Origin: a virus | Taxonomy: Duplodnaviria; Caudoviricetes | Length of the DNA: 42,861 nt | Virus record (IMG/VR): IMGVR_UViG_3300035135_001806 | Location: 1 to 42,861 of that record | Reading direction: 5' to 3' (one strand) | In this document: positions 37,658 to 42,861 of the stretch, piece after piece | Layout of the letters: every line of letters starts with the position of its first letter | Position numbering within the stretch: the first letter of the stretch is position 1 | Notes under the pieces: generated by a model | Databases searched by the model: none | What the model saw: the letters and a program-made list of their open reading frames with translations, nothing else | What the model was told of the DNA's origin: nothing | Position numbers and translations under genes: made by a program

Positions 37658-38473
37658 ATGGATTACTATGAACGTCTAGGAGTGTCTCGAAATGCTTCCT
37701 CTTCAGATATTAAAAAAGCCTATAAAAAACTTGCTCTGAAACACCATCCAGACAAAGGTGGTGATCATGCAACATTTGCAGAAATCAATGAAGCATATAA
37801 TACATTAAAGGATCCAGAGAAAAAACAAGAATACGATAATCCTCAGACCCAGTTTCATTTTAACACAACGAACCCTTTTGAAGGAGGAATGGGTGGAAAT
37901 TTTGAAGATATATTTGCAAACTTTGGTTTCAATATGGGAAGGAGACAACAACGTAATCAAGATGTGCATATAACTTATCCTATAGATTTTAAAGAAGTTT
38001 TTACAGGTACAGCAGTAAATATACAATTTAATTTACCTAGTGGTAAAAAAGAATATCTAGATGCGGCAATACCTCCTGGAGTAGATCACGGGAGTCAGGT
38101 TAGATATGCTGGATTAGGTGACGATTCGATTCCTAATTTACCAAGAGGTAATTTAATATTACGTATTAAGGTTCGTTCAGATCCTGACTGGAAACGTGAT
38201 GGCATTAATATATATACAACAAAGACTATTAATATTTTTGATCTTATTTTAGGAATTTCTATGGAAATAAAGACGCCAAGTGGTAAAAATTTTAGCCTAC
38301 ATATACCGCAAGGAACAAAGCCTGGAACAACATTTAGCATAACAGGACACGGAGTACCTGATGTAAATACAAATAGAGCAGGGAATGTATATGTAAAACT
38401 TAATGCACATATACCTTCACTAACACAAGCTCAACTAATGAAAATAAAAGGAATAAAAGATGGAACTTATTAA
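37658..38473 (+). CDS. DnaJ-family co-chaperone without Zn finger (CbpA-like)
   Basis: J domain DYYERLGV...HHPDK, G/F region, DnaJ C-terminal domain. Confidence 0.9.
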   Translation: MDYYERLGVSRNASSSDIKKAYKKLALKHHPDKGGDHATFAEINEAYNTLKDPEKKQEYDNPQTQFHFNTTNPFEGGMGGNFEDIFANFGFNMGRRQQRNQDVHITYPIDFKEVFTGTAVNIQFNLPSGKKEYLDAAIPPGVDHGSQVRYAGLGDDSIPNLPRGNLILRIKVRSDPDWKRDGINIYTTKTINIFDLILGISMEIKTPSGKNFSLHIPQGTKPGTTFSITGHGVPDVNTNRAGNVYVKLNAHIPSLTQAQLMKIKGIKDGTY

Positions 38474-38969
38474 AAGCCCAGACCCATGGTTACAAACAAA
38501 AGTAAAACCATTTTTCTTTTCTGAAATGGATGCAAAATTAATTTCAGGTGAAATGTGCAAAATAATGATGGCAAAAAATGGACTAGGCTTGAGTGCCAAT
38601 CAAGTTGGACTAGATGCACAGATTTTTGTAATGAGACCAATAGAACACAAAGAAATCACTAAACCATTTGCTGTTATCAATCCAGAAATATTAGAAGTAA
38701 GTGAAGAAACAGTTCTTGCAAAAGAAGGGTGTTTAAGTCATATAGGTTTGGTATTAAATATAAGAAGACCAAGGAGTTTGGTAGCCAAATTTCTTGACAT
38801 AGACGAGAAAGAATGTATACTAGAGTTTACAGGTATAGATGCAAGATGTTTTGCTCACGAATTTGATCATCTGCAAGGTATTGAATTTATAGACAGAGTA
38901 TCTAGACTGAAATTAGATATGGCAAAAAAGAAGCAAAAAAAGTTAATGCAGGAGTTAGTTAATGGTTGA
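38460..38969 (+). CDS. def: Peptide deformylase
   Basis: GLGLSANQVG, EGCLS, HEFDHLQG. Confidence 0.95.
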   Translation: MELIKSPDPWLQTKVKPFFFSEMDAKLISGEMCKIMMAKNGLGLSANQVGLDAQIFVMRPIEHKEITKPFAVINPEILEVSEETVLAKEGCLSHIGLVLNIRRPRSLVAKFLDIDEKECILEFTGIDARCFAHEFDHLQGIEFIDRVSRLKLDMAKKKQKKLMQELVNG

Positions 38970-41202
38970 GCCGTCAAAGGACCTTCAATTAGTTTTTGAT
39001 AAAAGTATCAAGGACGCCAAAAAATTAGGACATGAATTTGTAACATTAGAACACTTATTGTTTGCAATGATGTGTAGTGATAGTTTTTACAATCTATGTA
39101 AAGGCTTTGGTGCAGATGTTGATTTCTTAAAAAGTAATCTTGAACATCATCTCAAAAATGAAATGAATGAAATTAAAATAGAAGATCCTAAATATAAACC
39201 TAAAAAAACACAGACTGTAGAACGCTGTCTTAACAGAGCATTTACACAAGTGTTATTTGCAGGGCGTCCAAACATTGAACTAAGTGATGTTGGATTAAGC
39301 ATACTTTCTGAAAAGAAAACCCATGCTAATTACTTTATGGAAAAAGCAGGCATCGAAAAAGAAAAATTTGCAGAATATTTGCAAGCGGAATTTGAAACTG
39401 GATTTGAAGATGAAGAAATTAGTGGTGCGGCGGCTAGAGCATTAAGAGCTTTTACAACTAATCTTAATGATCAGGTAAAAAATGAAAAAATAGATCCTGT
39501 TATTGGTAGACAAGAAGAACTAGATAGTATTGCACTTGCACTAGGTAGACGTAGCAAAAACAATGTGCTGTTAGTAGGCGATCCTGGTGTAGGTAAAACT
39601 GCTATTGCAGAAGGTATGGCTTTTAATATTGTTCAAGGCAACGTTCCAGAATTTTTAAAAGAATTCAAAGTCTATAATTTAGATATTGGTGCAATGTTGG
39701 CTGGTTCAAAATACAGAGGTGATTTTGAAGAACGTTTTAAACTTGTTCTAGCAGGATTGAAAAAACAAGGCAAAACAATTATGTTTGTTGATGAGGCACA
39801 TATGATGAACGGTGCAGGAGCAGGTGGGGGGCAAAGCTCTAACGATCTAGCAAACATGCTTAAACCTGCACTTACAAAAGGTGACTTAAAAGTTGTTGCT
39901 TCAACCACTTGGGAAGAATACAGAAAATATTTTGAAAAAGACCGTGCCTTAATGCGGCGTTTCCAACGTGTAACAGTTGATGAGCCTTCTCCAGAAGTTA
40001 CTAACGACATACTCAACGGCATCAAAAAATACTACGAAGATTATCATGCTACAGAAATTACACAAGAAGCAATTGATGAAGCAATTAAATTAAGTGTAAA
40101 ATATCAAGCAGATAAAAAACTTCCTGACAAAGCAATTGATTTGATTGATCAAGCATGTTCAAGATTTAATTTGCTTCCTAAGGTAGAAAAGAAAATTGTG
40201 ACAGCAGAAAATATCCAATTTGAATTAGCAAAAGCAGTAAACTTACCAACAGAACAAGTTGCTGAAAAAGAAACTGAAAATCTTGCTAATCTAGAACACA
40301 ATATCAAAGGCCAAGTCTACGGACAAGATAAAGCAGTTGAAGATGTGGTAGACAAAATCCTTGTAAGTCAAGCAGGACTGAAAGCAAGTGATAAACCTAT
40401 TGGTGCATTTGTGTTTATGGGTCCAACAGGCACAGGTAAAACAGAGACTGCAAAAGCTCTTGCAAGTAATTTAGGTGTCAAACTTGTGCGTTTTGATATG
40501 AGTGAATATCAAGAACGCCATAGTGTAAGTAAACTTTTAGGTTCGCCTCCAGGTTATGTAGGACATGAAGAAAAAGGTGGCTTACTAATTGAACGTTTGC
40601 AAGAAAATCCTAATTGTGTGCTACTTCTTGATGAAATAGAAAAAGCACACCCAGACGTATCACAAGTATTGTTACAAATTATGGATAATGGTAAGGTTAC
40701 AGGATCAAACGGTAAAGAAGCTGATGCACGTAATTGTATCCTTATCCTAACAACCAACTTAGGTGCTGCCGAAGCTGAGAAAAACAACATTGGCTTTATG
40801 GAAGACTTTGAAAAAGAATATGAAGACGGAGCATTGAAGAAATACTTTGCTCCAGAATTTAGAAACAGATTAGACGGCGTTGTAACATTTGCAAAACTAA
40901 GCAAAGAAACTATGATGAAAATTGTAGGCAAGTTCTTGGTTGAATTAAAAGATATGGTAAAGGATAAAAATGTTAAAATCACTGTTAGTGATGAAACATT
41001 AGACTACCTTGTTGAAAAAGGATTTGATCCTAAGATGGGTGCAAGACCTTTACAACGTGTTATTGATAGAGAAATCAAACGTAAATTAGCTAGAGAACTA
41101 TTGTTTGGTGATCTTAAAGACGGCGGCAACCTAAATGTTAATATTGCCAAAGGCGAAATAGTTTTAGAGACCAAAGGAACAAAAGTTGTTGAAAAGGTTT
41201 GA
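38962..41202 (+). CDS. clpA: ClpA-like ATP-dependent Clp protease ATPase subunit
   Basis: Clp N-domain, two AAA+ modules (GDPGVGKT, GPTGTGKT), KYRG and GYVG pore loops, IGF loop, no ClpB middle domain. Confidence 0.9.
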   Translation: MVEPSKDLQLVFDKSIKDAKKLGHEFVTLEHLLFAMMCSDSFYNLCKGFGADVDFLKSNLEHHLKNEMNEIKIEDPKYKPKKTQTVERCLNRAFTQVLFAGRPNIELSDVGLSILSEKKTHANYFMEKAGIEKEKFAEYLQAEFETGFEDEEISGAAARALRAFTTNLNDQVKNEKIDPVIGRQEELDSIALALGRRSKNNVLLVGDPGVGKTAIAEGMAFNIVQGNVPEFLKEFKVYNLDIGAMLAGSKYRGDFEERFKLVLAGLKKQGKTIMFVDEAHMMNGAGAGGGQSSNDLANMLKPALTKGDLKVVASTTWEEYRKYFEKDRALMRRFQRVTVDEPSPEVTNDILNGIKKYYEDYHATEITQEAIDEAIKLSVKYQADKKLPDKAIDLIDQACSRFNLLPKVEKKIVTAENIQFELAKAVNLPTEQVAEKETENLANLEHNIKGQVYGQDKAVEDVVDKILVSQAGLKASDKPIGAFVFMGPTGTGKTETAKALASNLGVKLVRFDMSEYQERHSVSKLLGSPPGYVGHEEKGGLLIERLQENPNCVLLLDEIEKAHPDVSQVLLQIMDNGKVTGSNGKEADARNCILILTTNLGAAEAEKNNIGFMEDFEKEYEDGALKKYFAPEFRNRLDGVVTFAKLSKETMMKIVGKFLVELKDMVKDKNVKITVSDETLDYLVEKGFDPKMGARPLQRVIDREIKRKLARELLFGDLKDGGNLNVNIAKGEIVLETKGTKVVEKV

Positions 41203-41845
41203 AACTACAAAACTATTTTATGATGAATATCCCTACAAAGTAACTTTAAAAAACAATCTAGGACATATCTTTCGCGACAAAAATCTTGCTTTTGCAAAAC
41301 AAGAAATAGATAGATTACAACAAAAATATGATCAAGGATTGCCATTAGTAAGAGTTGCTTATCTAAAAGAACACAAGTATGAAGTTGAAACATTTCTTGA
41401 AGCAAGAGATCTTTACATAGAATTTTCAAAACAAGATGACTACAAACTGCGTATACAAAATCCGTACATGCAAATTTACTCACATGACTACGATTGGCTA
41501 CAATATATAAGTGGGAAAATAAAATCTACATTTGAATTTTGGGAGCCAAATAAAAAGTTACCTACTCTGGAAAAAAACGTAATTGTTGTGGAAGAAGAAC
41601 CTGAATATCTATACAAAGTAACCTTAGATAGCACAGTTGACGCAAATCTTGCTAGTTGGATACGGAATAATCCAGGTAAAGCAAAAGCAGGTCGTACATG
41701 CTTGGAAACAATAGAAAATAACGGTTTTTGCAGAGGATTTTACTTTTTTGTAAGAGACGACAAAATACTACAATTATTAAACTTGTTTATCGGAAAAGTT
41801 CAGCGTATTGACAAATTAGTGTCATATGCTAATTCTGATAAATAA
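41186..41845 (+). CDS. Hypothetical phage protein
   Basis: 219-aa ORF with TTG start overlapping the clpA end. Confidence 0.65.
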   Translation: MLKRFETTKLFYDEYPYKVTLKNNLGHIFRDKNLAFAKQEIDRLQQKYDQGLPLVRVAYLKEHKYEVETFLEARDLYIEFSKQDDYKLRIQNPYMQIYSHDYDWLQYISGKIKSTFEFWEPNKKLPTLEKNVIVVEEEPEYLYKVTLDSTVDANLASWIRNNPGKAKAGRTCLETIENNGFCRGFYFFVRDDKILQLLNLFIGKVQRIDKLVSYANSDK

Positions 41846-41849
41846 TACT

Positions 41850-42254
41850 ATGCCAAGCAATAGTGAAACAATTATATCAAATCAAACACACGTAGGGGAC
41901 AGTTCTGTACAAACCCATACAGGTGAAAAATTCAAAGGTGACGGATACTACGGACGTAGTGACGGATTACACACACTTCAAGTTGACCTAAATGGATTTT
42001 TAGGCAATATAGAATTGCAAGGAACTCTTGCTATTAATCCTACAGCAGATGATTATTTTCCAATAGCACTAGGTAGTGGACAAACTATTGATACTACTGG
42101 AAAACTGGTTATGAGCACCTCTACTAAACTAGAATACACTGCAAACGAAACTTCTAGTAAATCATATAATTTTACAGGTAACTTTGTTTGGGTAAGAGTA
42201 TATATTTCTAATTGGACTGACGGTAGTGTAACTAGTGTAAAATTAAATCATTAA
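41850..42254 (+). CDS. Hypothetical (probably virion) protein
   Basis: ATG 5 nt behind GATAAATA; beta-rich (GDGYYG, FTGNFVWVR). Confidence 0.65.
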   Translation: MPSNSETIISNQTHVGDSSVQTHTGEKFKGDGYYGRSDGLHTLQVDLNGFLGNIELQGTLAINPTADDYFPIALGSGQTIDTTGKLVMSTSTKLEYTANETSSKSYNFTGNFVWVRVYISNWTDGSVTSVKLNH

Positions 42255-42263
42255 GGTGGAAAA

Positions 42264-42861
42264 ATGGCAAAGCAAACAATTAACATTGGATCAGGTGAAT
42301 TAACAGGAGACGGTGAAAGCCTTCGTTCAGCATTTGACAAAATTAATGACAACTTTAATGAAGTATATACAGGTAGTGGAACTACACTAGGTTCAGACAC
42401 AACTCCCGCTCTTGGTGGTAATTTAGATCTAAGTGGTAATGATATTACAGGTATTGGTAATTTAAATATCACAGGTAACATTACAGCCACAGGATCAATT
42501 AGTGCAAGCCTTAATTACAGCAATTTAACAAACACACCAACTACACTAGCAGGATATGGTATCACGGATGCACTTACAGCAGGTAGTGCTTTTTCTGGAG
42601 ATTTATCAGGTTCTGTATTTGCAGATGATTCAACATTACTAGTAGATGCTGTTAACGGCACACTAACCGCAGGTGCATTGGCCGGTGCCTTGCCAGCAAT
42701 TGATGGTTCAGCCCTAACAGATGTAGCCGCTGTAACAAGCACCACAACTATATTCACAGCAAGAGCAGATGCAAACTTGCTTATGGGTGAAGTTGTTTAC
42801 ATAACAGGTATCAGTGGCAACACACCTACCATAAACAAGGCACAAGCAAATAGCGCCAGCA
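42264..42861 (+). CDS. Tail fibre/baseplate-type structural protein, 3'-truncated by window
   Basis: MAKQTINIGSGELTGDGESLRSAFDKINDNFNEVY; PTTLAGYGITDA and GDLSGSVFADDST modules; frame open to the window end. Confidence 0.8.
   Translation, partial: MAKQTINIGSGELTGDGESLRSAFDKINDNFNEVYTGSGTTLGSDTTPALGGNLDLSGNDITGIGNLNITGNITATGSISASLNYSNLTNTPTTLAGYGITDALTAGSAFSGDLSGSVFADDSTLLVDAVNGTLTAGALAGALPAIDGSALTDVAAVTSTTTIFTARADANLLMGEVVYITGISGNTPTINKAQANSAS

Noticed and set aside
38794-38821. TTGACA-16-TATACT inside def, possible internal clpA promoter
   Set aside because: Plausible but within coding sequence in AT-rich DNA with non-optimal spacing; not supportable without TSS data.
1-42861. Stop-codon reassignment, as seen in some large phages
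   Set aside because: Genes are intact and densely packed under the standard code, TAA/TAG/TGA all terminate recognisable genes, and no suppressor anticodon is present.
1-42861. CRISPR array, diversity-generating retroelement, intron/intein or transposase
   Set aside because: No regularly spaced repeats, reverse transcriptase, homing endonuclease, splice motifs or transposase motifs were seen by eye.

Overview
AT-rich, gene-dense, almost entirely plus-strand segment of a large tailed-phage genome (T4-like/jumbo myovirus type). An aquatic alphaproteobacterial host is inferred from the YccA and FdxA sequences. Left to right: the 3' end of an AsnA/class II aaRS-like gene, three tRNAs, DNA ligase, QueD/PTPS, glycosyltransferases, UvsE, IscA, a virion tail/baseplate block (including a 2728-aa protein and an S8 protease), a DnaE fragment, GroES-like, MazG, YccA, exonuclease, clamp loader, metabolic accessory genes (sulfotransferase, ferredoxin, 2OG-Fe oxygenases, parvulin, ThyX, PhoH), a GH19 endolysin/spanin/holin-like lysis cassette, DnaJ, peptide deformylase and ClpA. 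The most striking features lie in the first 700 bp. (1) An apparent ribosome-mediated transcription attenuator whose 15-aa leader peptide carries adjacent Cys-Trp codons sits directly upstream of tRNA-Trp and tRNA-Cys. (2) A 101-nt tRNA with an Asn anticodon on a type II (long variable arm) scaffold sits directly behind the AsnA/aaRS-like gene. Also noted are structured 5' leaders before queD and phoH, and widespread promoter-to-ATG spacing consistent with leaderless mRNAs. All product calls come from motif recognition by eye; no database searches were run.
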